From NCBI GenBank assembly GCA_963677745.1, contig OY782391.1, positions 1,056,001-1,120,000 on the forward strand: a stretch of 64,000 nt of DNA, given 5' to 3'. The DNA comes from Candidatus Altimarinota bacterium (GTDB lineage: Bacteria; Patescibacteriota; Gracilibacteria; UBA1369). The translations under genes and the position numbers were made by a program. A model generated the notes under the pieces. That model did not search any database. It had not been told where the DNA came from and saw only the letters and a program-made list of their open reading frames with translations. Of this stretch, positions 1-10,900 are shown piece after piece (within the stretch, counting starts at the first letter, position 1; each line of letters starts with the position of its first letter).

Positions 1-1518
1 GGCCGGATAAACATTGATCCGCCCGGAATTGACCATTTCCAAAGCCCTTTTTTTGAGACTCAAACCTTCTTTGTCCACATTGATAAACCATTGGGTGGAC
101 ATCAGCGGTTCCACTATATCTTTGCCGCGCTCGGCAATCGGTACTTTATGCATCAGTTCTTCCGTCATCAACAGTAAGCCGGCTTCTTTTAAATCTTTAA
201 TCAGCTTGGCGCGGCACTCTTCAATGGAAAGTCCCTGATAAGTTGCTCCAGCCTCCGCAGTCATTTTGCCGAATTTATCTATCACCTGGATAATCGGCAG
301 TTTGTGATCATGTCCGATGGCATTGTCAGTAAAGTCGTGGGCGGGGGTTACTTTTACAGCACCCGTGCCAAAGCCGATATCAATCCGATCGTCGGCTATG
401 ATGGAAATATCACGGTTAATCATCGGCACACGCACTTTTTTGCCGATCAAATGGGTGTAACGCTGGTCCAACGGATGCACCGCCACGGCAGTATCACCCA
501 GCATCGTTTCCGGCCTGGTGGTAGCCACTACAATATTATTTTCATCATCCAGATCCGGTACCATTTCCACGACAACGCAACCGGTGTTGTGCGCTCCAGT
601 ATTCTCTGTCATTTTTGAAATTTTCCCGCGAATTTCTTCGTTGAAATATTCCACCTGGGCCGGTTTCACCTTCCCGGCAGCCAGTTTCAGTACTCTGAAA
701 ACGACAAAATCCCTTTCAATTTCCACGCCGTCAGCTGTTTCCATCTTCACAACGGCTTCTCCGACTTTGGGAGCAACTGTCATTTTTTGTCCTTCTTTTT
801 CCAGCACCACCCAGTGATTGCCGGCATTTTTAATTAATTCAACCTTGCCGAGATCTTCCATTTTGATTCGTTGGCGGGCCGGTTTTTCGGTTTTGTCCAA
901 CAGGGGATAGAGTATATGCCACAGATGCCCTTTTTCCTCTTTGTATTCCACTTCCACATCGGAAATGGAGGTTTGTGAATAAACCGACCAATGAACCATC
1001 CGGCTGCCGCGGTAAACCAGTCCATCCTGCCACATCCGGGAAAATGTCTCATAAATGACATCCGACAACCGCGGATCCAGTGTGAACAGTTCGCGGCTGA
1101 AATCGGCTGAAGTTCCCAACATTTTTTCCTGGGCGCGCATGTAATTGGCACGGTCCGTGCAGAAGTCATAACAACGCTGCCAGAATTCCTCGCGGGGCAT
1201 GGTCTCCACTTCCACTCCTTCTTCACGCAGTTTTCTTTCAAATACCACCTGGGTCTGAATTCCGGCATGATCCTTGCCCGGTACCAGCAGTACGCGTTCG
1301 CCTTTCAGGCGGTGATAGCGGCCCAGAATATCCATCAAAGTATGTCCGTAACAATGTCCCAGGTGCATTTCTCCATTGGCATTGGGTGGCGGCATGGTGA
1401 TGTCGAAGACAGGAGCTTTTTCACTGCCCGTATGTTCATATTTAAAGCATCCGGCGGACTCCCACTTCCGGTTTATTTCTTCTTCTTTTTGTTTAAAATC
1501 AAAGTATTTGTCCAGCAT
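1..1518 (-). CDS. valS: Valine--tRNA ligase, 5' part (runs off the window start)
   Basis: Absent from the ORF track; translated by hand from ATG at 1518. Contains MPPPNANGEMHLGH (HIGH-type), PGKDHAGIQTQ, ATTRPETMLGDTAVAVHP, FGTGAVKVTPAHD and EPLMSTQWF, all ValRS motifs. Confidence 0.96.
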   Translation of the reverse strand, partial: MLDKYFDFKQKEEEINRKWESAGCFKYEHTGSEKAPVFDITMPPPNANGEMHLGHCYGHTLMDILGRYHRLKGERVLLVPGKDHAGIQTQVVFERKLREEGVEVETMPREEFWQRCYDFCTDRANYMRAQEKMLGTSADFSRELFTLDPRLSDVIYETFSRMWQDGLVYRGSRMVHWSVYSQTSISDVEVEYKEEKGHLWHILYPLLDKTEKPARQRIKMEDLGKVELIKNAGNHWVVLEKEGQKMTVAPKVGEAVVKMETADGVEIERDFVVFRVLKLAAGKVKPAQVEYFNEEIRGKISKMTENTGAHNTGCVVVEMVPDLDDENNIVVATTRPETMLGDTAVAVHPLDQRYTHLIGKKVRVPMINRDISIIADDRIDIGFGTGAVKVTPAHDFTDNAIGHDHKLPIIQVIDKFGKMTAEAGATYQGLSIEECRAKLIKDLKEAGLLLMTEELMHKVPIAERGKDIVEPLMSTQWFINVDKEGLSLKKRALEMVNSGRINVYPA

Positions 1519-1682
1519 CTTGGTGTTTTCACAAATAAGTACTGCAAGACAGATTTTAACAGCAGACAGCCCGTAAACCAATCATAAAAAATGGATTTGT
1601 AATTTTTGAAAATTTTGTTATATTCCTTAGGCCAAGCACGAAGCGAAGCGCAATGCGCTGGCCTGATTCAATTTGAAAATTC

Positions 1683-1756
1683 GCGGTACTAGTACAATGG
1701 TAGTACGCCGCCTTGCCAAGGCGGAGACACGGGTTCGATTCCCGTGTACCGCTCCA
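1683..1756 (+). tRNA. tRNA-Gly (GCC)
   Basis: Acceptor stem GCGGTAC/GTACCGC, anticodon arm CCGCC-TTGCCAA-GGCGG, T loop TTCGATT, encoded CCA. Confidence 0.97.
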
Positions 1757-1943
1757 AGAAATCTTGAAATTTCTGTTTTTCTGCGTCTTCTGCAAAAAAT
1801 TCTTCTCGCCGTATCTCTATACTGTCTCGGCGAATTTTTCTGGCATCCTTGAAAAACAGGAAATTTAAAGATTTCTTCCCGTATTCCGGTCAGGGAATAC
1901 TTTTTCTTTTACGTTCAAGAAACAGCAATTTGTGCCAAAGCGG

Positions 1944-1971
1944 TTGACAAAATAGAAAAAAGCTCTAAAAT
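1944..1971 (+). promoter_or_regulatory. Sigma70-type promoter of ORF 1994
   Basis: TTGACA-16 bp-TAAAAT. Confidence 0.6.
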
Positions 1972-1993
1972 AAGCATCTTATCATCAAATAAG

Positions 1994-2932
1994 ATGGCCG
2001 AAAATCCCCAAAATCCAGAAAATGGAGACGCCACCAGTCTGCCCGAAATCGGTGCCGACAAGACCGTTGCAATTTCTGCGGCGACGACTATTGTTCCTGA
2101 AAGCAGTGATATCCTTGCCCCTGTCACGATTCCAGCGTCTAGCCCTCCTGATACGCTTGAAAAAGCCCTGGAACAAGTGGCGGAGGAATTTGCCAAACCT
2201 GTAAATGATTTAATAGATGATTGTGAGGCAATTGTCGGTGAAGTGGACGTGAAAAATCTGCCGGAAGAATTTCAGGATGAAATTGCCTCCGCCGAATTTG
2301 ATGACCTGTGGGAGGAATCAATTCTGGGAAATGCCCCCGTTCCTATTTCGCAAAACGTTGACCCTTCCCAGCTGGAAGCACCTTATTGTGTCTCCCTGGA
2401 ACATCATAGTTTACCCGCTATACCACCTCCTGCACTGAAAGATCTGCCATCCCCGGAATTTATCATCGCCGGGCCTCCTTCAATTCCCAGCGCCGGTCTG
2501 TATTCTTTTAAAAACACCAATCCACCTTCTTCACCGTCTGTTCCGGAGGAAGGGGCGACCATCGGTCCTCCACCGGGCTATAATGCCAGGGATCTCATGG
2601 AAAAAGCTCCTCAGTCCGTGCAGTTTGAGCAGTCTCAGGTCTCCGATTCTCTGCCCCCGTCATGTGATCCTGAGGAAATTACCCGTGAATTCCCTGCTAT
2701 TCTCACTTATTTACCGGCCTTTATGAGGTCGGAATACCAGAAGGAATATGAAATGGAACTGGCCAGATACAAGGAAAATATCAAAATTCGCGCGGCACTT
2801 CGGATGGGATCTGTATTTGACTCACCTCCGCCTTTCCACTGGAGCTATTTCCGCAGGTATCTGGAGGAAGTTGGTGTGGAAATGACCGAAGAAAATCAAC
2901 AGGCACTGAAAAAAATCGAGGCGTCCGATTAG
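1994..2932 (+). CDS. Hypothetical acidic, Pro-rich protein
   Basis: 312 aa ORF with an upstream promoter; low-complexity, no recognised domain. Confidence 0.7.
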   Translation: MAENPQNPENGDATSLPEIGADKTVAISAATTIVPESSDILAPVTIPASSPPDTLEKALEQVAEEFAKPVNDLIDDCEAIVGEVDVKNLPEEFQDEIASAEFDDLWEESILGNAPVPISQNVDPSQLEAPYCVSLEHHSLPAIPPPALKDLPSPEFIIAGPPSIPSAGLYSFKNTNPPSSPSVPEEGATIGPPPGYNARDLMEKAPQSVQFEQSQVSDSLPPSCDPEEITREFPAILTYLPAFMRSEYQKEYEMELARYKENIKIRAALRMGSVFDSPPPFHWSYFRRYLEEVGVEMTEENQQALKKIEASD

Positions 2933-3027
2933 GATGATTAGACTGATGAAAAGCGGGCCTACAATCCATTGCCAGTAATTCATTGGCGCGGTCTTTGATC
3001 TGGGATGTTGTACGAAAGGAGCAGAAA

Positions 3028-5949
3028 TTACTTCACCTCCAGCTGAATTTTACTGAATACGGGATCAGCATTTCCGTTGCCATTCACTCCCACTACGCGC
3101 AGATACACATCTGCTTTGGCACCTGCCACCAGATTCACAAAACTACCCACCTGCAGACCTGTAGTACCGACACCGGCGGAAGGACCGGTGGCTCCGTCCA
3201 GATAATTCCAGGTGGCCTGGTCTGTTGAATACTGTACCCTCAAGACTGCGTTATTTGCTCCGGCAGTCACAACATTCACGCTCAGTCGCACAGAATTAGC
3301 ATTGGTCAAATCAATCCTTATGCGTCGGTTACTGCCGGTCAGTTCAGTTTCGGCATTGGGCATATTGGTCCAGGTAAGCGAAGTCGCATCGGCCAGGAAA
3401 GTAAATAAAACATTAAGTGGTCCTTTCCAGGTCAATACTCCGGAACCATCATTGCGCAAAAATGTATTGGCTGCTCCCTGGGCATCCGGCAAGGTATAAG
3501 TAATGTTTCCTCCCTGATCGGCCCCCTGGAAGATGGTGTAGAAAGTTGGGGTAGTGCCACCTTCCAGTATCCCCAGAGTGCCATTCAGGTATAAATTATC
3601 GGTCAGATTGAAACGGGAGTTTGCACTGTCCCAGCGCAGTCTTTCATTGAGCGTTGTTCCGAACTGCAGATATACATCTCCTACCGTGTTATCGGTATCC
3701 AGGATAAATGAATTGGAGGTGGTGCCGGTATCGGTATTTTGAGTATGGCCGGATCCGGTGGCGGTGAGGTCGATCCAGATGGCTGCTCCTGTTGAGCTGT
3801 CCTGCAGGGCCCAAACCTTTTGATTGGTCAGATTAAACCAAAGAGTTCCAATCAGATAGCCTTTGGTGTTGTCATCATTGACGCTTGGATCGGAGGTGGA
3901 CCGGACATGGTTGGATTCCATTTTTGTATAAGAGCCTGTATCGGAAACCTTGGTGGTTGCATTGGCAATAACGTTATCATCCAATATGTTGCGCTCGCAG
4001 TTGGCATTATTAATATTCACGCCGACAGTGAAGTTTTGGGGGCCGCCCCTGATCGTATTTCCCACGATTATGGCGTCATCAACGTTGCTGTTTAAACGGA
4101 AACCGCTGGCATTGGCATTATTGTTTCCCTCCACCGTGTTGTTCATCACAATGATATCGCTGGAATTTTGGGCAAACATGGCAATGGCACCGTTATTGTA
4201 GCCCATATTGCGGGCGCGGTTGGAAAAGATGGCTGAGGCCGAAACTGCCGCGAAGACATAAGAGGTTTCTGATGCTTCATTGACAATCAATTCGGAGATA
4301 ATACTGTCTGTAATCCCGTTCCCGTAGCCATAAGTTCCCGCATAGGTGGAATCACCATCAATATGCACGCCGTCCACCCAGCGGTTGGCGGGTAGATCGC
4401 GGGTCACAATACTGCGTGTAACGGTGAACCTGGAGCCGGCCGTGACCGAACCGTCAGTAAATAAAATTCCAACCCGACCTGTACTTTTAGTACCAATTGA
4501 ACTAACCGTCATATCCATGACCTTGATTTCCGAGCCTCCATTCACCTGTATTCCATGGATATTGGGGCCGACCTGAACCTGGAAGTTGTTGATGATTATA
4601 TTGGTTTGTGGAGTAGTTCCATTACTGGCACCTACCTGTATCACGGCATCATCGGTGGTAATTCCTCCTGTCCACCCGGCCGAGGGAGCAGAAAGTATTG
4701 TCCCCGGCCCCTCACCCGTAAGCTGAATATTACTGTTATTGAGGGAGATGGAATTGGTGATGGTATGGGTTCCAATCAGCAGCTTGATAACCCCTCCCTG
4801 TGCCCCCAAACTATTAATAGCACCCTGAATGTTCATACCGGGGGAAACCAGGATGGTTCGGTCAGGAACGGAAATAATAGTTCCCGTGGTCACAACATTG
4901 CTGCCTCCGATGATGGTTACCGGCCAGTCGGAAATTTTCAAGGCATTGGTAGTCAGCTGATTGATCACGGTGATCGAGGAAGTCACAAGATTCACGCCGG
5001 TAGCCGCTTGCGTAGTTACAAAAGATCCTGCGTCGGCAGCCGCCTCGGAACAGTTTTGCAAATTAACAATCGTAGTGGGGGGGGTACCTGCCGTGCTGCC
5101 CAAAACAAATTTCCCGGAATTGGTAGTAAAATTAACTTTTGTGAAAAGCACCGAGCTGGCAGAAGCAGCATTATATTTCACATTTAGACCGAAAGTTCCA
5201 CTGATCGCTCCCACAACAATATTCAGTTCTTCAAAGAATGTATCCTTGACCTGAAGTTCGCCAGCTCCGGAAAGACTGATAACGGTGATGCCATTGCCGT
5301 CAGCACCTCGCAATACAATATTTTCCAGGTTTACTTGAGTGATGACCGGATAGGTACCAGGGTCAATCCAGATTTCGCCTCCGGACAAATTGTTCAGATA
5401 GGCAGCTGCCAGTGCAATTGTCGTATAGTCACGGCCAGTGGGGCCGACAGTGACAATTCTGGTGGCATTGGCGGCAGTAATACTTCCCTGAAGTGCATGC
5501 CAAATACTACCATCCCAGGAATAGGAACCAGGCTGGCAGCTGGGACCAGTACAGCCGGGGGCCGTTGAATCGGGGTCAGTGAGTTGAACTATTCTGCCTC
5601 TACCCGCCGCACCAAGCCCTCCCGAGCCACCAGGCATAGAGGAGACATTTTCAATGCGGGCCGATTTGAACTGGTTGGAGTTCAAATTAATATCATTGGA
5701 AAATTGAAATTCCGTACCGCTCCAGCGCAGATAGGTCGAGGAACTGCCAAACTGTAGATCCCTGTTCCCGGGCGAGGATTGGTCGTAGTCAATCACATAA
5801 CTGTCATCCACCGTAACGCCTCCCGTATCGGCACCATCAAAAAGAATGGCAGCCCGCGTGACTCCAGCTGTCATAATCAGCCCTAAAGCAGACAGTAAGA
5901 TCAGCACATTTTGTATTTTTCTAACCATCAACTCGTATTTTGTTTTCAA
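3028..5949 (-). CDS. Large secreted beta-helix (pectin lyase/NosD-like) protein with tail-fibre-like segments
   Basis: Signal peptide ending VTRA-A. Two beta-helix openers (TVGPTGRDYTTIALA...WIDPGTY and NIQGAINSL...GGVIKLLIGTH) and Asn-ladder repeats. C-terminal TLPDAQGAANTFLRNDGSGVLTW. Alternative ATG at 5928. Confidence 0.75.
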   Translation of the reverse strand: MKTKYELMVRKIQNVLILLSALGLIMTAGVTRAAILFDGADTGGVTVDDSYVIDYDQSSPGNRDLQFGSSSTYLRWSGTEFQFSNDINLNSNQFKSARIENVSSMPGGSGGLGAAGRGRIVQLTDPDSTAPGCTGPSCQPGSYSWDGSIWHALQGSITAANATRIVTVGPTGRDYTTIALAAAYLNNLSGGEIWIDPGTYPVITQVNLENIVLRGADGNGITVISLSGAGELQVKDTFFEELNIVVGAISGTFGLNVKYNAASASSVLFTKVNFTTNSGKFVLGSTAGTPPTTIVNLQNCSEAAADAGSFVTTQAATGVNLVTSSITVINQLTTNALKISDWPVTIIGGSNVVTTGTIISVPDRTILVSPGMNIQGAINSLGAQGGVIKLLIGTHTITNSISLNNSNIQLTGEGPGTILSAPSAGWTGGITTDDAVIQVGASNGTTPQTNIIINNFQVQVGPNIHGIQVNGGSEIKVMDMTVSSIGTKSTGRVGILFTDGSVTAGSRFTVTRSIVTRDLPANRWVDGVHIDGDSTYAGTYGYGNGITDSIISELIVNEASETSYVFAAVSASAIFSNRARNMGYNNGAIAMFAQNSSDIIVMNNTVEGNNNANASGFRLNSNVDDAIIVGNTIRGGPQNFTVGVNINNANCERNILDDNVIANATTKVSDTGSYTKMESNHVRSTSDPSVNDDNTKGYLIGTLWFNLTNQKVWALQDSSTGAAIWIDLTATGSGHTQNTDTGTTSNSFILDTDNTVGDVYLQFGTTLNERLRWDSANSRFNLTDNLYLNGTLGILEGGTTPTFYTIFQGADQGGNITYTLPDAQGAANTFLRNDGSGVLTWKGPLNVLFTFLADATSLTWTNMPNAETELTGSNRRIRIDLTNANSVRLSVNVVTAGANNAVLRVQYSTDQATWNYLDGATGPSAGVGTTGLQVGSFVNLVAGAKADVYLRVVGVNGNGNADPVFSKIQLEVK

Positions 5950-6029
5950 GATTCTTCAAGCTCTCAATAAAAAATACCATAAAATTAAAGTGGTCGCTTA
6001 AAATACTATTACAAAAGTAGTTTACAGGA

Positions 6030-6962
6030 ATGGCAAAAGATGATAAAATATTAAGATTTGTAAATAAAAGACCGATGGGGGTATTTAAAAGTGTGTCTAA
6101 AATTCTGATAATTGAAGTCCTGGTATTAATTCCAGGGGCATCCTGTCTGGCCCTGGTAGATTTGGAGATGCCAACGGATGATTCCAATATCGTCCACAGC
6201 GCGCTGGATCAACTCCATAGTGCCGAAGTCAGTACCAGTGTGGAGGAAATGAAAGACGATCTCGATGGAGCGTTGGAAATTTGCACGAGTGGATCTGAAG
6301 AATGTATGACTGTTTCTGGTGATGATTTGGATAATTTTAATAATTCCAATTTGCCGGATACTATATCGATAATTCCTTTGAGAGTGTCGGAGGACTCCGT
6401 GCTATACGAATCGCTTCCCCAACTGTCTGACAGCCCGGCAACGGCTCCGGTAGATCATCTTCAAATGGAGATTTCGGGGACAGGAACAGAGTTTGCATCC
6501 ACTGCCTTTACACCCCCGGTTGATATTCCAAAAATAGAACAGGTCATTGCACCATCCGAACCTGTCAATGCAATTGAACAAAAAGTTACCGTTATTACGA
6601 ATAATCCTGCACAACATTTATCAGAACCAATTGAAACAAAGCTATCTCCGATTTTGGCAGATACTGAAAATCCCACAGTCTCGACAGATGACAGCGAAAC
6701 GGCGACTCCAACCAATCTGCCAAACACGGCGGAGGGCAACCTGTCAGACGGTTCCGCCAACGTTTTATCGTTCAATGAAAACACCAGTAATAATATTCTT
6801 CTTAGCAACAATTTCATGTACTGGGTCTTTTCCGGAATTCTGGCCTATTTTTCCGGAGTTATGATGATAATGCTGCTAGTTTGTCGTAACAACCGTCGGT
6901 CCTTGCAACGCCAAGTTAAAGTCAGAAAAAAGGCTTTTCAATACATAAAAGCAAGGCGTTGA
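6030..6962 (+). CDS. Exported protein with C-terminal membrane anchor
   Basis: N-terminal hydrophobic stretch, S/T/P-rich stalk, C-terminal TM helix followed by a basic tail. Confidence 0.65.
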   Translation: MAKDDKILRFVNKRPMGVFKSVSKILIIEVLVLIPGASCLALVDLEMPTDDSNIVHSALDQLHSAEVSTSVEEMKDDLDGALEICTSGSEECMTVSGDDLDNFNNSNLPDTISIIPLRVSEDSVLYESLPQLSDSPATAPVDHLQMEISGTGTEFASTAFTPPVDIPKIEQVIAPSEPVNAIEQKVTVITNNPAQHLSEPIETKLSPILADTENPTVSTDDSETATPTNLPNTAEGNLSDGSANVLSFNENTSNNILLSNNFMYWVFSGILAYFSGVMMIMLLVCRNNRRSLQRQVKVRKKAFQYIKARR

Positions 6963-6997
6963 AGTGGTAGAAAAGGTCGATTTTAAAATCTCTATAT

Positions 6998-7028
6998 AAA
7001 AAGGCGCGCCGTGCGGCGCGCCTTTTTT
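6998..7028. terminator. Bidirectional intrinsic terminator
   Basis: AAAAAGGCGCGCC-GTGC-GGCGCGCCTTTTTT between convergent genes. Confidence 0.85.
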
Positions 7029-7046
7029 GTTTCTCCGGAAAACGAT

Positions 7047-7868
7047 CTATTCTCTTTTTCTCATTAATAAATAAACCATCTCCGCCACTTCGGCTCTGGT
7101 CACTTGGGTTGCCGGGTAAATCAGCGTGGCGTCACTGTCGATAATCTGCTCGTTCAAACCTGCCTGAACGTATTTCACATACCACTGGTTCAGTTCGATG
7201 TCGGAAATCCCAGCCAATTGTTGCAGTTCCGCTGCACTGACGGTGAGGTCGCTTTTGAATCCGCGTGTGGTAATTTTCAGTGTTTCCACAACGTTGGCGG
7301 GTTTTTCGGCGCGGAACAAACCGTCCGGATAGCCGTGTACGATATCGGCATTCTTGGCGGCTTTAACATGCCTGGCCGACCAGCTTCTGGTATTGGTGTC
7401 AGGGAAAGCTTTCGGTTCGGGAGAGACTGGTACGGGTGCATCTACCGCTCTGACCACCATCGTGGTTACTTCGGCGCGTGTTGCGGCGGCATTCGGATCA
7501 AAATAACAGGGTCTTCTGCCCCCGGCTATTCCTTTATCATAAAGATAATTGATCGCCTCAGCCGACCGGTTGCCTGCAATATCCCTGAAACGGCAATTGT
7601 TGGCCTGGCTGATTAATCCTCCCGGTTCAACCTGGGCATTACCGGAATCCGAGGCACCGCTACCACCTGAACCGCCGCCCTGGATTTCGGTCAGGTAACT
7701 CCCGCTCGACGCCTCTCTCAGGAACGGTAACTTCATGGAGTTAATGGGACGCTCAGCGCCGCTATCCTGTGCGAAAACTCCGACAGGAATCATTACTCCG
7801 ATCAGTACCCCTCCCCAGAAAGCAGATCGGGCCAGAGCGCCTTTTGAAAAAAAGCTTTCTCTAGACAT
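7047..7868 (-). CDS. S-layer homology (SLH) domain protein
   Basis: Signal peptide; three SLH repeats (FRDI..., ATRAE; GYPDGLFR; VTRAE). Confidence 0.88.
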   Translation of the reverse strand: MSRESFFSKGALARSAFWGGVLIGVMIPVGVFAQDSGAERPINSMKLPFLREASSGSYLTEIQGGGSGGSGASDSGNAQVEPGGLISQANNCRFRDIAGNRSAEAINYLYDKGIAGGRRPCYFDPNAAATRAEVTTMVVRAVDAPVPVSPEPKAFPDTNTRSWSARHVKAAKNADIVHGYPDGLFRAEKPANVVETLKITTRGFKSDLTVSAAELQQLAGISDIELNQWYVKYVQAGLNEQIIDSDATLIYPATQVTRAEVAEMVYLLMRKRE

Positions 7869-7931
7869 ATTTGGGAAATAAGGTATAAAAACGGGCTCAA
7901 TATAGCACCATTATTTCCCGATGCCAATTTT

Positions 7932-10900
7932 TTACTTCAGGGATATGTATTTTCTCAGATCATAAATCCTGACCAGAATTGTGGCGGTTTCTGCACGAGT
8001 GATAGGATCAGAAGGGCGGAAATAATCCAGACCGTCACGACCTTTGGAGCCTAGTATCAGATTATTTTCCCTGCCTGCCGACACGTATTCGAAAAACCAG
8101 TCCGCCGGAACCACATCGTGAAAATATGATTTGGCCTGATATCCCTGTTTTTTAAGTTTCTGGATATTAACCAGTATCTTGATGGCCTCGGCTCTGCTGA
8201 TGGATTTCTCAGGATAAAAATTCCCGTCCGGATAGCCGGAAACGATGCCTTTTTTAGTCGCACTGTAGACATAATTCTTGTACCAGTTGTCCGAATTCAA
8301 CGGGACGTCACCATAAGGTTGGATTTGTGCTGACTGACCGGAAAATTCTTCAATTCCCAGACAATTGGCGACCAGAGCCATTTTAAGAAATTCCGCTCTG
8401 TTGATATTCCGGTCGGGCTGAAAAGAATAACTTCCGTCACTGCCTTCATAACCGCTGATTACAAATGTTTGATTTTTGGTCTGCGCCAGAAGTTTGATTA
8501 TATCGGCGGCCTGATGGTTGGAGACATCATTGAACTCATGCAAAGGGGGTGTCTGTGAAAGACAGGAAAGAGAGGGGGGAGTGGTGTCTTCCTGTTCGGG
8601 CGTTGTCAGAAATTGCATGGCGGGAGGCAGGTTGACCGGTGCGAAACCACCGGACGAAGCGCCGCCTGCTACGGGTAAGGAAGGTCCCGCCCCGCCTCCG
8701 CCGACGGGCGCAGCAGACCCTGAAACTACAATATTACCGCTCAAGCCGGTTTTAGCTGCGGCATCGGTGGCAGATAATTTTATAATTTCGGCATTGAGAT
8801 CATAGACAAATATGGAGGCAATTCCGCCAACCAGATTGTAAACATTATTTTGACTGGTGAATCCGGGAGAATCAAAGAAATAAGCATGACCATTACTTTT
8901 TGCCGTGAAAGAACCGGCCATTTTTACCAGATTTCCATACAGATCATTGGAAGTTACTATTTCGGTCCAGCCCACTGCGGTAGTCTGGGGTGTGGTATTG
9001 GTGATTTCATAATGGTCCAAAGGAGCAACGTTTACGATTAAAGGAAGTCCGCCGTTGGGAGTTCCGCCATGCGGCTGGGAGGTGACAGTCTGATCCGTGG
9101 CATGAACAGTGGAGGTTTCTTCCTTGTAGGCCACCAGAGTGGAGGCTGACAGATCGGAGCTTCCGGCCGTAAAATTGACCAGCACCGGATTGCCGAAGGT
9201 GACCGCCTCCACGACCGGATTGTAAATACCAATCGGACTGAGACCGGAGAAGGTAAGATATTTTGAGCCTTCATATCCGCTGACTACATTGCCCTGCAGA
9301 TCATAAGCGGTCACCGTCAGTTCGTTGGTGGTACCGGCAGACATAGCCGGCAAACCGGTGATCACAAAGTAAGAGGTACAATAAGAGAGTTGTCCCAGTG
9401 ACGAACCGGAAGCCACCAGTGAGGCCGAGCCGGCGGTGGAAGCCGTTGAGTTAACCTTGGTTACGGCGGTGACGTCATTTACTTTATTGCCGGGAATGGT
9501 GCGTACAACCGCTGCTGTGACATCATTAACTGTAAGACAGCTGGGATCAAAGATATTACCGGATGCATCCGTCTTGACCACCCAGATATCGCTTTGTTTC
9601 AAACCCGGTGGAATCGGATGCCTGGAGCGGCCGGCAAAGATCATACCTCCGTCCAGAGTGGACTTCATATCATAGAACAGGTTGTTGATATTGTCCCCGA
9701 TAGCTTTGGCCAGATTAACAGTACCCAGAGCGGGGCCGGGACCGGCGTCAATTTGAAGATAAAAGCCGTCATTGTCTCCTATGCCCAAACCTTCGGTATT
9801 ACCTGCCAAATAATAGGAACTTCCGCCGTTCATGACCGTAAAAAACTCATCCGGAAAGGAAGTTGAATCTCCATAATTGAAAATCCAGTCCAGATTGCCG
9901 TTGGCATCGATTTGCATCAAGAGAGCTTCTTCATAGGCACCGGCATTGGCCACCAGATTGCGACCCGCCAGAATATATTTTCCGAGGGCTGTGGAACCGG
10001 TGATACTGTTAAAAATTGAAGACGCTGAAGTGCCCGGACCTTTGATCGGGTCATTGACCAGAATATCATAAGTGTTACTCCAAATCAGGGCACCGGCACT
10101 GTCGATTTTAAAAATCCAGCCCACATATTCGTTGTTGGGGGCAGGCGCAAATGAGTAAGTCCATCCGGCTACAATGAAGGAACCATCAGGGTTCTCATAA
10201 AGGGCATTGACCATTTCCTGGTCAGCGCCGCCGTATCGGTTTTCCCAGACGATATTACCGGAAGCATCAAGTCTCACCAGCCAGGCTTCCGACACGGGAG
10301 CCAATAAGGGGTCAATACTGGCCTGACCGATCAGCATGAGGCCTCCATCAGCCAGAATATGCATTTTCGACACCACTTCGGACGGTCCACCCAGATCAAA
10401 AGATTTTTGCCAAAGTATATTTCCGTTGCCATCCAATTTCATGGCCAGAAAATCATTGGTTCCCGAAGCGTCGGTGGCTCCGCCGACAAAAATTGATCCA
10501 TCGGAGGCTACTTTCAGGCTGTTTAGAGTGACGGAAAAAGAATCTCCATAGGAGGTTTCCCAGATCACCGTACCGTCCTGATCCAGTTTCATCACCGAAA
10601 GATTGGAAGGAATATACCCGCCTACGATAAAATTGCCGTCCGCCGCTACAGCCACAGCATTGGCTGCGTCATGTCCGCTGGAATCAAACAGTTTGCTCCA
10701 GGTTTTGAGATAGCCGGTTACGTTCAAAGCCAGACAATGGCTGGGTTCGCCAGCAATCGGGTTGCAATTGTATTTCCCGTCGGTCAGTGAAAGAGTCGCC
10801 GATTCTACTATTTGGGGGGTCAGAGTGGCCACCAGTGGGTCGGATACTCCGGCAGTGAAGTTTATCGTTTGAGGTGTGCCGATTATTGTCCCTTCCACAG

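Noticed and set aside
540-895. Intein in valS
   Set aside because: No intein splice-junction residues at the insert boundaries.
14-1587. Short ORF-track entries over the first 1.6 kb
   Set aside because: All overlap the true valS frame, which the track omits because it runs off the window.
3028-5949. Prophage
   Set aside because: No integrase, terminase, capsid or portal genes; the fibre-like protein has a signal peptide.
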